A stretch of 64,000 bases of DNA from Candidatus Latescibacterota bacterium. Lineage in GTDB: Bacteria; Latescibacterota; UBA2968; UBA8231. The DNA lies in contig CBDAOB010000003.1 in the NCBI GenBank assembly GCA_965197905.1, positions 576,001-640,000 of the forward strand, given 5' to 3'. The notes under the pieces were generated by a model. That model had not been told where the DNA came from, searched no databases, and was given only the letters and a program-made list of their open reading frames with translations. A program made the position numbers and the translations under genes. This document shows, in pieces, positions 49,865-59,730 of this stretch. The stretch's first letter is position 1, and every line of letters begins with the position of its first letter.

Positions 49865-50215
49865 ATGCAGAATCAGGATAAGCAGACCAAGAATACGATT
49901 GTAGTCGAGATACACGGCAGGAAGTACCGTATCGCAAGCTCCGACTGCGAGCGGATAGAGCAGGTAGCTGCCTGTCTGAACGACAAGATTCGCGAGGTCG
50001 CCACCCGACCAGGATACGGCGATATTTCGCGCACGATCGTACTCGCCGCTCTCGAGCTGACGGCCGAGCTATTTCAAGCCCAGCGAGAGAACGAACAGCT
50101 GTTGCACAAGGCTCACGAGAGCATCAGCCGCTTATCGCGCCTCATTGATCAACGCGGCGATCTCCTCTCGATGACCTCGAAGTGGATCAACCAGCACTCC
50201 GAGACCACCTCTTAA
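49865..50215 (+). CDS. zapA: Cell division protein ZapA-like
   Basis: VEIHGRKYRI...IEQVA..LNDKIREV...VLAALELTAELF followed by coiled coil. Confidence 0.8.
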   Translation: MQNQDKQTKNTIVVEIHGRKYRIASSDCERIEQVAACLNDKIREVATRPGYGDISRTIVLAALELTAELFQAQRENEQLLHKAHESISRLSRLIDQRGDLLSMTSKWINQHSETTS

Positions 50216-51267
50216 ACCCCGTGCTCCGTCCCTAACGACTGCAATACGGACCAGACCTCGGGCGGCAGCGGTATGCCCGAACGACGACGCTCCCTCATCT
50301 TCTCGAATTCCAGCTCTCCCGGCAGTTTTACCCCGCTGCTGGCCGCTGCAGGTTTGGATGAGGTTACGTAAGCGGCCAGCTCTTCCGCCTGTTGGCGAAA
50401 CTCGTCGGGGGACATGAACGATTCGATGCGCAACGCGAGAATAAATAGGTTGTTCGAACCTGTATATACGTTGCCTTGGGCCCAGGCGGGAGCGCCCAGC
50501 ATGCTGCTGAGAATCTGTACCATGAGAGAGATGCCGTAGCTCTTATAGCCCAAAGACCCTCCGAACGGCAGAATAGCTCCAGCCGCGGTGCCGTCCGGTG
50601 CATAGAGATCGGCCGGATTCGTGCTATACTCTCCGCTCTCGTTCACCAGGGTCATCTCGGGAAGCATCTGACCTGTTTCGCGCAAGAAACGAACCTTCCC
50701 TTCGGGCACCGAGGAGGTCGCGAAATCGACGACCATCGGGTCGCTCTGTGTAGGCGCTCCGAAGGCGATCGGGTTGGTGCCAAGCCGTCCTTCGCGGCCG
50801 CCGAAGGGTGCCACCCAGTGGCCCTCGCCGGCGGCCCCACCACACGCCAGGGCAACGCAGTTCTGACGCGCCGCCATCTCCACGTAGGCACCCAGGCGCC
50901 CCACATGGCAACAGCGCCGCAGCACGGCACAGCCCGCCCCGGTCGATTGCGCTTTTTCGATCGCCGTGGCGGTCGCTCGGCGGCCGCCCACCTGACCGAA
51001 GCTCCACTGACCGTCCAATACTGCGTTCGTGGCCGAGCAATCCTTAACCAGGACCTCGGCACCAGGAACGATGCGGCCGTTCTCTATGTCCTGCACATAC
51101 TGCGAGACGCGCAAGACACCGTGGGACGGCAAACCCATGAGATCCGCTTCCACCAGCATTTCGGCCACCGTGCGGGCCTCGTCGTCTGAGGCGCCGAGTC
51201 CGACAAAAATTCTGCCGACAAGCAGCTCCAGCTGATCGTGCGGCACGACTTCGAAGTTCTCTTTCAT
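50212..51267 (-). CDS. Ldh_2-family oxidoreductase (malate/L-sulfolactate dehydrogenase-like)
   Basis: ADL.G.PSHGV.R, DG...FGQ, HVGRLG, LGTNPIAF, DFATS, PFGG..GYK, LPGE. Confidence 0.92.
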   Translation of the reverse strand: MKENFEVVPHDQLELLVGRIFVGLGASDDEARTVAEMLVEADLMGLPSHGVLRVSQYVQDIENGRIVPGAEVLVKDCSATNAVLDGQWSFGQVGGRRATATAIEKAQSTGAGCAVLRRCCHVGRLGAYVEMAARQNCVALACGGAAGEGHWVAPFGGREGRLGTNPIAFGAPTQSDPMVVDFATSSVPEGKVRFLRETGQMLPEMTLVNESGEYSTNPADLYAPDGTAAGAILPFGGSLGYKSYGISLMVQILSSMLGAPAWAQGNVYTGSNNLFILALRIESFMSPDEFRQQAEELAAYVTSSKPAAASSGVKLPGELEFEKMRERRRSGIPLPPEVWSVLQSLGTEHGV

Positions 51268-51274
51268 CTACGAT

Positions 51275-52828
51275 TCAGTCCTCAACGGGCGCATCGACGG
51301 TCTGGGCTGCAATGCTCTGCAGTGCAACTCGGCGCTTAAAAGCCATCTCCACCAGCGGCACGGCGTGACGTTCTGATTCCCATAGCTCAACCGCTGGATA
51401 TTCGTCAGCCACCAGCGATAGCTGGAGCTCGTCGTCGGTCCAGTGTGCAACGATATCGTCCACCGCGGCGTTGCGACCGCGCTCGAGGAACTCCGCCAAC
51501 CGCAACATGGCGGCCAGACAGATGAGCAACTTGCCGTCCTTCTCCTCGAGCAGGCCCCGGTACTCGGCGTAATCGGGGGTGCCTTTCCGATGGTAGCGGG
51601 CGATCAAACCGATCAGCGCGATCTCGCGGGCCGAGAAGCCGGGCAGACCGTTAATATTGATCAGGGTCTGGGAATGTTTGTGATGGCCATGATACCCAAC
51701 GAGCGTGCCGATATCATGCAGCAGGGCGGCGGCGTCGAGAAGCTCGCGTTCCGAGGCTCCGTAGCCATGCAACGGGGTGAGCTGCTCGAAGATGCGGTCG
51801 GCGAGATAACGGACGTGGTTTGCATGGGGCTTTTGGTATTCATAGTTGCGGGCGATGTTGAGAACGCTGAAGCGCCGCATGTCCGCATTTACCGGATACG
51901 GCAAATGCTGCCAGAAGTGTTCAAAGAAAACCCCCTCTCGCAGACCTCCCCTCGATATGGTCACGTCCCCTACCCCCAATCGGCTCATAACGGTGCCCAA
52001 CACCATGGCGCCCGGAAGGATGATATCGGCTCGGTCACTGCTCAGCCCTGGTATTCGCTGGCGTTCCGCCAGGGAGAGATCTCGCAATAACGCAATGCTT
52101 TCCTCCACTGATGACAGCGTCAACGACATCCCGTGAAAGGTTTTGAGGGGGTATGGTTGTCGCTCCACCTCCATGCCGGCAAGGTTGCGGATCGTTCCTC
52201 CCAAGCCGATGAGCACCCGGCCTTTTTTACGCTTGAGCCAGGACAGGGACTCCAGCTGCCGTTCGATCTCCTGGGTTAGCGCCTGGAGCTCGCTCGCCCT
52301 GATCAGATCACCGCGAACAAAACGCTCGGTCAGATCGAGGGCTCCAAGTTTGAGCGCCTCACCCCGGTGGAAACGTCCACGGCGCACCTCGCTCAGCTGC
52401 GCGCTGCCACCACCGATATCGAGGACGACCGCTTCATCTGCCGGAACCTCGTTGAGCGCTCCGAGCACCCCATAATACGCCTCTTCATCGCCGGTCAGTA
52501 TCCGCAGCGTCAAACCCAATTCACGCTCGACGCGCTCCGCAAACTCGGCGCCGTTGGCGGCTTCGCGCACGGCGCTGGTTGCAGTGGGCAGCACCAGATC
52601 TACGGCAAAACTCTGGCAGAATCGACTGAACAACCGCAACGTCGAGAATGCCCTGGTCATCGCATCTTCGCTGAGACCGTCGTCGGTCATACCCTGCCGC
52701 AGCCTTACCACCTCGCGAATTTCGTCGTCGAGACGGAAGGAGTAGCCTGGCACAGCGTGCATCACAACCAACCGGGCAGTGTTCGAACCCAGGTCGATTA
52801 TGGCCACCTTCATGGGTTTGGGGGGCAT
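51275..52828 (-). CDS. ppx: Ppx/GppA exopolyphosphatase with HD domain
   Basis: IDLGSNT, ATSAVREA.NG, EEA, DIGGGS, GGT, RADII, GLREG, LHDIG...HHKHS. Confidence 0.92.
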   Translation of the reverse strand: MPPKPMKVAIIDLGSNTARLVVMHAVPGYSFRLDDEIREVVRLRQGMTDDGLSEDAMTRAFSTLRLFSRFCQSFAVDLVLPTATSAVREAANGAEFAERVERELGLTLRILTGDEEAYYGVLGALNEVPADEAVVLDIGGGSAQLSEVRRGRFHRGEALKLGALDLTERFVRGDLIRASELQALTQEIERQLESLSWLKRKKGRVLIGLGGTIRNLAGMEVERQPYPLKTFHGMSLTLSSVEESIALLRDLSLAERQRIPGLSSDRADIILPGAMVLGTVMSRLGVGDVTISRGGLREGVFFEHFWQHLPYPVNADMRRFSVLNIARNYEYQKPHANHVRYLADRIFEQLTPLHGYGASERELLDAAALLHDIGTLVGYHGHHKHSQTLININGLPGFSAREIALIGLIARYHRKGTPDYAEYRGLLEEKDGKLLICLAAMLRLAEFLERGRNAAVDDIVAHWTDDELQLSLVADEYPAVELWESERHAVPLVEMAFKRRVALQSIAAQTVDAPVED

Positions 52829-52921
52829 CGCCTTGGAGAAAATCGTTGAGTAAACGGAAACTGGGTCACGGAGGAGGTAAGCCGAAACTGCCAACTGTTC
52901 TGTGGTAAGGGGAGAGACGAA

Positions 52922-53287
52922 TCAATTCAAAAGCTGGTGCACGGTATCGATCATCTGATCGATCTTGATCGGCTTTTTCAGGACGGCTTCGACGGCGCCA
53001 GGCGGGATGATGGTCGCCTCGTCGTCGACCCAGCCCGAGACCACTACGATGGGCACATCCTCACCTTGATCGCGCAGGTACACCAGCATGTCCTCACCGT
53101 CCACGAGACCAGGCATGTGCAGGTCCAGAAGAACCAGGTCCACCGCATGTTCTCGCAGAACCAGGAGCGCCTGCTGGGCATCTTCGGCAACAAAAATTTC
53201 GTAACCGACCCCCATCAACACCCGAGAGAAGAGACTGCGGATATCCTCTTCGTCGTCGACGACGAGAATCTTTTTGGCATCGCTCAT
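52922..53287 (-). CDS. Single-domain response regulator
   Basis: ILVVDDE, LLDLHMP, VVSG, KKP. Confidence 0.9.
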   Translation of the reverse strand: MSDAKKILVVDDEEDIRSLFSRVLMGVGYEIFVAEDAQQALLVLREHAVDLVLLDLHMPGLVDGEDMLVYLRDQGEDVPIVVVSGWVDDEATIIPPGAVEAVLKKPIKIDQMIDTVHQLLN

Positions 53288-53384
53288 ATAGGTTGCTCCC
53301 ATGGACCCTGCAAAACATGCGACAAATTCGGTCGACCTGCAATACGACCCGGACTGGCTGACCGGATGGAGTGGTCCTCTGCCC

Positions 53385-53413
53385 TTGACACTCCTCGCCG
53401 GCTGACCTATCTT
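53385..53413 (+). promoter_or_regulatory. Sigma70 promoter of the HU/IHF gene
   Basis: TTGACA-N17-TATCTT. Confidence 0.65.
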
Positions 53414-53470
53414 ACCACCGCTTTATAAGTTGTTATTTATCAGCCACTAATGATGAGATGGAGGGCAGCT

Positions 53471-53770
53471 TTGTCGACCGTGACAAAGAGAGAGCTCGCG
53501 CGTTCGGTAGCTGAAGCTATCGGAAGCTCCCACAATATGGCGATGGGCATGGTGGACAGTCTTTTCGAAGCCTTGCGAGACACGCTGATCGAGGGAGACC
53601 GCGTCGAGATCCGGGGTTTTGGAGTGCTTGAAGTGAAGGATACCAAACCGAAACCCGGGGCGCGCAACCCCCGAACGGGCGAAACGGTGTATGTCCCCGC
53701 CCGGCGCAAGACTCACTTCAAGCCGGGAAAACAACTCAAGGAAGCCCTCCACTCTCAAAGAGTGGAATAA
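53471..53770 (+). CDS. HU/IHF-family DNA-binding protein
   Basis: TKRELA, GDRVEIRGFG, ARNPRTGE, FKPGKQLKE. Confidence 0.95.
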   Translation: MSTVTKRELARSVAEAIGSSHNMAMGMVDSLFEALRDTLIEGDRVEIRGFGVLEVKDTKPKPGARNPRTGETVYVPARRKTHFKPGKQLKEALHSQRVE

Positions 53771-53780
53771 CATCCCCTTC

Positions 53781-54590
53781 GTGTCCGATCGGCTCAGCGG
53801 CGAGCAGGCCAAATTCTTCTGGGAAGAGGGGTATCTGCACCTGGGTCGGGTCCTAGACGAGAGCCAGCTGGGGACGCTGCAGCAGCGCATCGACGCCATC
53901 ATGTTGGGCGAGGCGGATCTGGATTACGACCGGATCATGATGCAGCTGGATCCCCATGCCGCCGGCACCGATAAACTGCCTCCACAAACCCTCGGTCACA
54001 AAGGTTCGACCCTCTCCTATCGCAAGATAGAGAATCTGGAGTACGACCCGCACTTCCTGGCTTACCTGCAGCGGCCGCTCTTTGCAGCCATTTGCGCCGA
54101 GATCTACGGTGCGGAGGTTCCTGTCGTCTGTCTTCGGGCCATGTTCATGAACAAGCCTGCCCATCTCGGCTCCGACCTGCCGTGGCATCAGGACCGGTGG
54201 AACAGGTTCGATCGGGACCCCCTGGTTACCGTGTGGACGGCCCTGGACCGTTGTACGGTTCACAACGGGTGTCTGCAGATCGTACCCCGCTCCCATCGCA
54301 GCATCATAAATCCGGGGCGTGAAGGAGGGTTTATCACCCCCGAGCAGCGGGAACAGGTGCTGGCGACCTTGAAGCCGGTCTTTCTGGAGCTGGAAGCGGG
54401 CGAGGCGGTCCTTCTGCACAACTATACTCTGCACACCTCCGCGACGAACCGAACCGATGAGCCGCGTCGCGCCTTCAGCGTTTGTTATATGGACGCCGCC
54501 ACTGTGGCCTCGAACGGCGACACCTTCCCGGTGATTTTTGGGGAAGGCGCCCTCGATAGGAATCTGCTGGAGTCAGCGTCCCCGACCTAG
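53781..54590 (+). CDS. PhyH-family Fe/2OG dioxygenase
   Basis: MNKP, PWHQD, WTALD...NGCL..VPRSH, LHTS..N...PRRA. Confidence 0.9.
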   Translation: MSDRLSGEQAKFFWEEGYLHLGRVLDESQLGTLQQRIDAIMLGEADLDYDRIMMQLDPHAAGTDKLPPQTLGHKGSTLSYRKIENLEYDPHFLAYLQRPLFAAICAEIYGAEVPVVCLRAMFMNKPAHLGSDLPWHQDRWNRFDRDPLVTVWTALDRCTVHNGCLQIVPRSHRSIINPGREGGFITPEQREQVLATLKPVFLELEAGEAVLLHNYTLHTSATNRTDEPRRAFSVCYMDAATVASNGDTFPVIFGEGALDRNLLESASPT

Positions 54591-54633
54591 CGTCGCGGGC
54601 ACGCTGACCACAATTCCGTCGACCGATTCCAAG

Positions 54634-55644
54634 CTATTCGCGCAGTCGTTCGAGCATCCAGGGAATGCTGCGTTTGCCTGAGATTTCATGACCTCCGCCG
54701 TGGGCGTGGATCCCCAGGTGGGACTCAGGCTTGTCGAACAGATCGTAGACCTCGCGCAGCTGCCGCACCAAATTCCGTGCATCCTTGACCGGAAACATCT
54801 TGTCGTTCCGTCCCGTATCGAGAAACAGCGGCCGCGGGGCGATCAGAGCCGCCAGATCCACATGCTCGAAATATTTAGCCAAGTCTCGCATATGACCACA
54901 GGTGCAATGCGGTCGATCGAGAAAACTGTTCAAGTGGGTGGAGAGATAACCGCCGACACAGGCCGCTCGCAATCGGGTCTGCAACGCAGCCAGAAACAGG
55001 GTCATTTCGCCCCCTAGCGAGAGCCCCATCACTCCGATTCGCCGCTTCACGACCGTTGGTTCCTCTTCCAGCAGATCGAGGGCGCGCACCAGATCCCAAT
55101 AACGAAGCCCTATTAATGTGTGTCCCACCATGTTGAGCCCATGCACCAGAACGTTGTAGGTCACCCGATCATCCCTTAACGCCCGTTCCCCGAAACCGAT
55201 CTGCTCAGGGCAGAGAACCACGCAACCGGCCTCTGCAAAGGTGCGGCCGAAACCACGATAGATAGAATTGGGATCGATCGACTCGTCCTTGCCACCCCCG
55301 CTGTGGCCGTGCAGACAGAGCACGCCCGGGGCCCGCTGAGGACTGCGTTTCGGAGTGAGCAGATAGGCGACAGCCTGCAGACCAGGGCGCGTCCAGTATT
55401 GCAAGCGCTCCATCAGATAGCGGGGTCCTTCCTCGACCACCCGGCGTTTTAATCCGAATCCGATCCGTTCCGCAGGCAACTCACCGAGGATCTTCTTCAG
55501 CCGCACCCGCGCTCGGCGCTGCCACGAGTCGAAAGCCGTCTTGGATGCGGCGTCGTACGGAAGCTGACGAATGTTTTCAGAGACGATTTGGCGATAGAGG
55601 TCGACGATCTGTCGATCCAGGCCGGTGGATTTGCCGGCCGTCAC
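54634..55644 (-). CDS. Alpha/beta hydrolase (dienelactone hydrolase/acetylxylan esterase-like)
   Basis: LCLHGH, GFGER, RIGVMGLSLGG, LIAPRPL, GGHE. Confidence 0.88.
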   Translation of the reverse strand: MTAGKSTGLDRQIVDLYRQIVSENIRQLPYDAASKTAFDSWQRRARVRLKKILGELPAERIGFGLKRRVVEEGPRYLMERLQYWTRPGLQAVAYLLTPKRSPQRAPGVLCLHGHSGGGKDESIDPNSIYRGFGRTFAEAGCVVLCPEQIGFGERALRDDRVTYNVLVHGLNMVGHTLIGLRYWDLVRALDLLEEEPTVVKRRIGVMGLSLGGEMTLFLAALQTRLRAACVGGYLSTHLNSFLDRPHCTCGHMRDLAKYFEHVDLAALIAPRPLFLDTGRNDKMFPVKDARNLVRQLREVYDLFDKPESHLGIHAHGGGHEISGKRSIPWMLERLRE

Positions 55645-56174
55645 GAAGATATTTCTGCCAACAGAGGATCCCCGGGGGCCACCTCGCTCAAGCGCGATCG
55701 GAGCCGGCTCGTCTGATCCTGCAGCTTCTTGATGTCCTTGTTCATACCGCCTATGCGCTCGTAGAGACCTTTGATCAAGCTTACTTGCATGTGGCTGATG
55801 ATCTCGGGATCTTCCTCCAGCAATGACTGAAGCTGCCCCGCCTCGAGCTCGAACACAACGCTCGCTTCCTCCACGACCAGTCGCGTTTGTCGGGACTGAC
55901 CGGTCAGCACGCCCATCTCACCAACGATTCTCGGAGGTGCTATCTGGGCCAACTTTTCGCCGCCGTTGGATTCCAACCGCAACTTGCCTTCGACCAATAC
56001 GAGCAAGCGATCATCGACCGTGTCGGGGTTGCACAACACTTCGCCAGTTGCCAGCTCCCGTTTCGAGCTGAGGTCCAACAGACGTTTAATCTGATGAAGA
56101 TCCATGTCACGAAGGAGGGGTAAACCCATCAATCTACTGACTAACTCCTCATCGTTTGTTTTTTCGCTCGACAT
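55641..56174 (-). CDS. cNMP-binding domain protein with C-terminal coiled coil
   Basis: LPLLRDM, LVEGKL, IVGEMGVLTGQSR. Confidence 0.82.
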   Translation of the reverse strand: MSSEKTNDEELVSRLMGLPLLRDMDLHQIKRLLDLSSKRELATGEVLCNPDTVDDRLLVLVEGKLRLESNGGEKLAQIAPPRIVGEMGVLTGQSRQTRLVVEEASVVFELEAGQLQSLLEEDPEIISHMQVSLIKGLYERIGGMNKDIKKLQDQTSRLRSRLSEVAPGDPLLAEISS

Positions 56175-56315
56175 AGTGCATTTTCCTTCCGAATGAGTAC
56201 CAATAGTACTAACTTTTCTCGCTAACTCCAACAAAAACCAGTACCTTAAGCGCTTGACCAAGCAATGCGGCAATGGATTGACCGGAGTCGTCGACTTGAT
56301 TGCAGGAGCTGACAG

Positions 56316-57689
56316 ATGAGCACCGTGCATCCGCCAAGCGAGTCGAAAGCCCCCGCCCACCTTCTTGACGACGACACCATGGCGCGGTTCATCGAGCGCG
56401 GATTAGTCTCCTTCGAACCCGAGCTACCCGGCGACTTCCACGAGCACATCCATCGACAAACCGTCGCTGCATGCGCATCGGGAAACCCGGGCAACAACAT
56501 CCTGCCCCTGGTTCCTGAGCTGCAGACGATTGTCGACGAACCCCGGGTCCGCGGCGCGCTAGCCAGCATATTGGGACCGGATTATGCAATGCACCCCCAC
56601 CGCCATTGTCACGTGAACCTGACCGGAAGTGACGGTCAGCGTTTGCACAAAGACGCATTTTCGGTGCGTTACCACCGCATCCATGAGGCGCTGGTGTTCT
56701 ACTACCCTCATAACGTCGATGCAGACATGGGGCCCACCGCGGTTGTCCCGGGGAGTCAGTACCACGGCAAGCAGCTGGATGAGGAAATGCCATCCGAGCT
56801 ATTGGTGTGTGGCAAAGCCGGCACGGTCACGGTAGCGCATTACGACCTCTGGCATCGGGGGACGCCCAATCGTGCCTCCGCCGATCGGTACATGATCAAG
56901 TTCCTGTTCACGCGGATGTCGCAGCCACATTCACCCAGCTGGAATTCCAGCAACGAGTCATGGCCTCGAGACTCCGTCTGGAAGGATCTGCATTCTACGA
57001 TTTGGGACTGGCACCGTGGACAAGCGGGCAGCGCCGAGCTCGACAACGGCGATGACCTGGTCCCCCTGCTCGAACAGCTCGAAGACGAGAACGAATCGAC
57101 TCGGCTGCGAGCAGCTTACCGGCTCGGTCGTATGGGTGAATCGGCTGTTGGGCCGCTTGGCGACAAGCTGAAGTCAGCGGATGAAGAGATTCGGCATGCG
57201 GCCGGGTACGCTCTCAGCGCCATAGGCCCGGCGGCGACCGAGGCGGTTGTATCCGCCGTGCAGAGTGCGAGCCCGGTAGACCGCACCATCGCCGTCGAGG
57301 TGCTGGGCAACATCGGAGAAGCAGCGGCGACCGCGGTTCCACTCTTGATCCGAATTCTGTCCACGGGATCCACCTCTGAAAAGGGTAGCGCGGCGGACGC
57401 ACTGGGTAAGATGAACGGCAGCGCCATGCCGGCGTTGCCGGCCCTTTCGAGCGCCTTGAGCACCGAGGAGGAAAACGTCAGGGGCCCTGTCGCCTTGGCC
57501 CTGGCGCGGCTGGCACCCGACACGGCCGAGACGATCCACACCCTGGAAAGAGCACTGGGGGACTCGAGCTGGTACGTTCGCGGAGGGGCGTTGGAAGCCC
57601 TGGAGCGGATCGGATCGGCGCATGGGCAAAGAGTGCTCACGGGACATATGCGCACCGCCCGCTGGTGTCCGGACGCCTCCAGATCGTGA
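56316..57689 (+). CDS. PhyH-family dioxygenase fused to HEAT (PBS lyase) repeats
   Basis: LHKD, GPTAVVPGS, YDLWHRG..N...RYMIKF. C-terminal repeats R..AAYALG/ALG.IG..A..AVP.L. Confidence 0.88.
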   Translation: MSTVHPPSESKAPAHLLDDDTMARFIERGLVSFEPELPGDFHEHIHRQTVAACASGNPGNNILPLVPELQTIVDEPRVRGALASILGPDYAMHPHRHCHVNLTGSDGQRLHKDAFSVRYHRIHEALVFYYPHNVDADMGPTAVVPGSQYHGKQLDEEMPSELLVCGKAGTVTVAHYDLWHRGTPNRASADRYMIKFLFTRMSQPHSPSWNSSNESWPRDSVWKDLHSTIWDWHRGQAGSAELDNGDDLVPLLEQLEDENESTRLRAAYRLGRMGESAVGPLGDKLKSADEEIRHAAGYALSAIGPAATEAVVSAVQSASPVDRTIAVEVLGNIGEAAATAVPLLIRILSTGSTSEKGSAADALGKMNGSAMPALPALSSALSTEEENVRGPVALALARLAPDTAETIHTLERALGDSSWYVRGGALEALERIGSAHGQRVLTGHMRTARWCPDASRS

Positions 57690-57711
57690 GATTGAGGTAC
57701 TATCCCGTTCC

Positions 57712-58677
57712 ATGGTGAGCGATCCCTACATAGCGCCTGACCCCCCCGACCTGACCCGGATTTTGCCCCCGGCAGGTTTTCGCCAGCACCGAATCCTTCT
57801 GGGTCGGACGAGGGATATGGCCATGTCCTTCTGGGACAACGGCCGCGATGACGCCGATCTCTCGTTGCTCCTGGTGCACGGCCTGTTCGACAGCAAGGCC
57901 TCGTGGCGTCACCTATGCCCTCGACTGCATCCACGTTTCCGGGTCGTGGTCCCTGATCTACTTGGGTTCGGGGATAGCAGCAAACCGTCGCTGAAGGATC
58001 ATCCCGAAGAGTACCGGTATTCCGTTTCGATGTTTGCCCGTCACCTGCGGCTGTTGATCGAAGGTCTGGGACTTCGCCAGGTGTTGTTGGTGGGCAACTC
58101 TCTCGGAGGCGCCGTGGTGCTGGAGTCGATCCGCGCCGCGAATGCGCTATGCCCGGACCTGTGCGGCATCGTGCTTATCGCGGCGGCGGGATATCCCCAG
58201 CGATTGCCGGGGAATATTCGTCAGCTGGGCTGGGGGGCCAGCGCGCTTTTACAGAAGAGTCCCCTGTCTTTCCTTTTGGACCGCGCGGGCATCACACGAC
58301 ACTTTGTCGATCGCACCTACCGGCGCGCGTTTCACAAGACCGCGAGGATCCCGTCGGAGTCGGTGGCGGAAACCGTGCGCATTCTCAGATCCCCGAATGC
58401 GCTCTACGCCTGCCATGCGGCAGCCCGCGCGATTTCGTTCCACGACTGGGAACAGGCGACCGCCCGCTTGGAGCAAATTCAGTTGCCGACGTTGATCATC
58501 TGGGGAGAACGGGATCCGGTGGTGCCGCTAGCGAACGGAAATCGTTTTGTTCGGGACATTCCCCGGGCACAGCTTCGCCGCGTCGGCTCGTGCGGCCACA
58601 CACCACAACTAGAAGCGCCCCGGCTCGTTGGCAGGTTGATCGGAAACTGGATTGAAGATGAACTGCGGGAATGTTAG
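57712..58677 (+). CDS. Alpha/beta fold hydrolase
   Basis: LVHG, DLLGFGDSSKP, GNSLGG, IWGERD, CGH.PQLE.P. Confidence 0.9.
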   Translation: MVSDPYIAPDPPDLTRILPPAGFRQHRILLGRTRDMAMSFWDNGRDDADLSLLLVHGLFDSKASWRHLCPRLHPRFRVVVPDLLGFGDSSKPSLKDHPEEYRYSVSMFARHLRLLIEGLGLRQVLLVGNSLGGAVVLESIRAANALCPDLCGIVLIAAAGYPQRLPGNIRQLGWGASALLQKSPLSFLLDRAGITRHFVDRTYRRAFHKTARIPSESVAETVRILRSPNALYACHAAARAISFHDWEQATARLEQIQLPTLIIWGERDPVVPLANGNRFVRDIPRAQLRRVGSCGHTPQLEAPRLVGRLIGNWIEDELREC

Positions 58678-58684
58678 TTGCGGA

Positions 58685-59542
58685 TCACGCGTGCACGGAA
58701 TCGTTGATCTGCTCGGCCATATCGTGGGCGGTTTTCTCGAGGCTCTGCAGTGCGGTATTCTCGGCATCCTCACTGCTCGAGCCGACGGTCGTGTGCAGTA
58801 CGACCTTGTTGTTTCCCATTAGATCGATGACCTGACAGTCGGCCTGCAGCACCTGCCCCGCTTCGAGGGTCGATCTGACCAGGGCCACCTTGTCCAATCT
58901 TCCGAGGTCCCCCAGCTTCAAGTACTCCCTCGATCTTAGAACCACAGTGAGCGCGACACCTCGGAGTTCGAGTTTCTTGGTGAGATCGGTTCGCTGCACG
59001 ACGTTGAAACCCATGACGGAAAGCTGGTCCGCGAGGGTGTCGGGCAGAAAGAGATCGTCTGGCTCCTCGATTCGTTCGGGAAGTATAGCGATGGCATCGC
59101 TGGCGGCGATAGAGCCGGTTGACGTAGTGTGGGTTTCGACCTGTGCGACTTCAGGGGTCTCCGGGGCCGACTCGGTCATCGCTTCCGTAGGCACTGGTTC
59201 GTCGGCGGTTGCGAACGCCGGCTCCTCATCGTGCGAGTAATCCGAATCCTGACTTTCCCCCTCCTCAGCTTCCAGTTCCGCTTCCAGTTCGCGCATTTCC
59301 TCGTTCAAGTCTTCGATCTCACCGCCAATCTCGATTTTTCTCTTTTCGTGAAACGAATGCATGTTGTCGATCGCTTCACGCCGCTCGTGGACGATGGTGT
59401 AGTTGTGCTGCACCTCTTTCAGGCGTCTCAAGAGACTGTCAAGATTGCGCTCCATGCGACCTATGGAAACAGTGCAGAGAACCTTGATGCCGAATACGGC
59501 GAAAACTAGCACTCCACTGAGGGGTCCGCCGATGTATTCCAT
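58685..59542 (-). CDS. Membrane-anchored coiled-coil hypothetical protein
   Basis: RBS GGAGG, N-terminal TM, coiled coil, acidic linker, alpha/beta C-terminal domain. Confidence 0.7.
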   Translation of the reverse strand: MEYIGGPLSGVLVFAVFGIKVLCTVSIGRMERNLDSLLRRLKEVQHNYTIVHERREAIDNMHSFHEKRKIEIGGEIEDLNEEMRELEAELEAEEGESQDSDYSHDEEPAFATADEPVPTEAMTESAPETPEVAQVETHTTSTGSIAASDAIAILPERIEEPDDLFLPDTLADQLSVMGFNVVQRTDLTKKLELRGVALTVVLRSREYLKLGDLGRLDKVALVRSTLEAGQVLQADCQVIDLMGNNKVVLHTTVGSSSEDAENTALQSLEKTAHDMAEQINDSVHA

Positions 59543-59730
59543 GAAACCTCCAAAATCGAACGTAACTGATCGAGTGGGGCGATACAAGCTCGGTCTAGGC
59601 GGGGAAGTCTGCGCGCGTTCTATGAGCGCTTGGCCCTCGCGCAAATCATGAACTTGTGGATAGCTCAGCCTTGCAACCTTACCTTTTTTCGCACTGAACC
59701 GCCTCGCACTGCGAAAATCTGAGGGAAGTC

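Noticed and set aside
49865..50260. 6S RNA downstream of zapA
   Set aside because: The zapA stop overlaps the convergent Ldh gene, leaving no space.
51275..52828. ppx as part of the VTC/CotH polyphosphate locus
   Set aside because: It lies several kb away, separated by unrelated and oppositely oriented genes. Ppx/GppA is a common housekeeping gene.
59686..59717. TTTTCGCA-N16-TGCGAAAA inverted repeat upstream of lhgO
   Set aside because: A single short repeat with no second instance and no assignable regulator.
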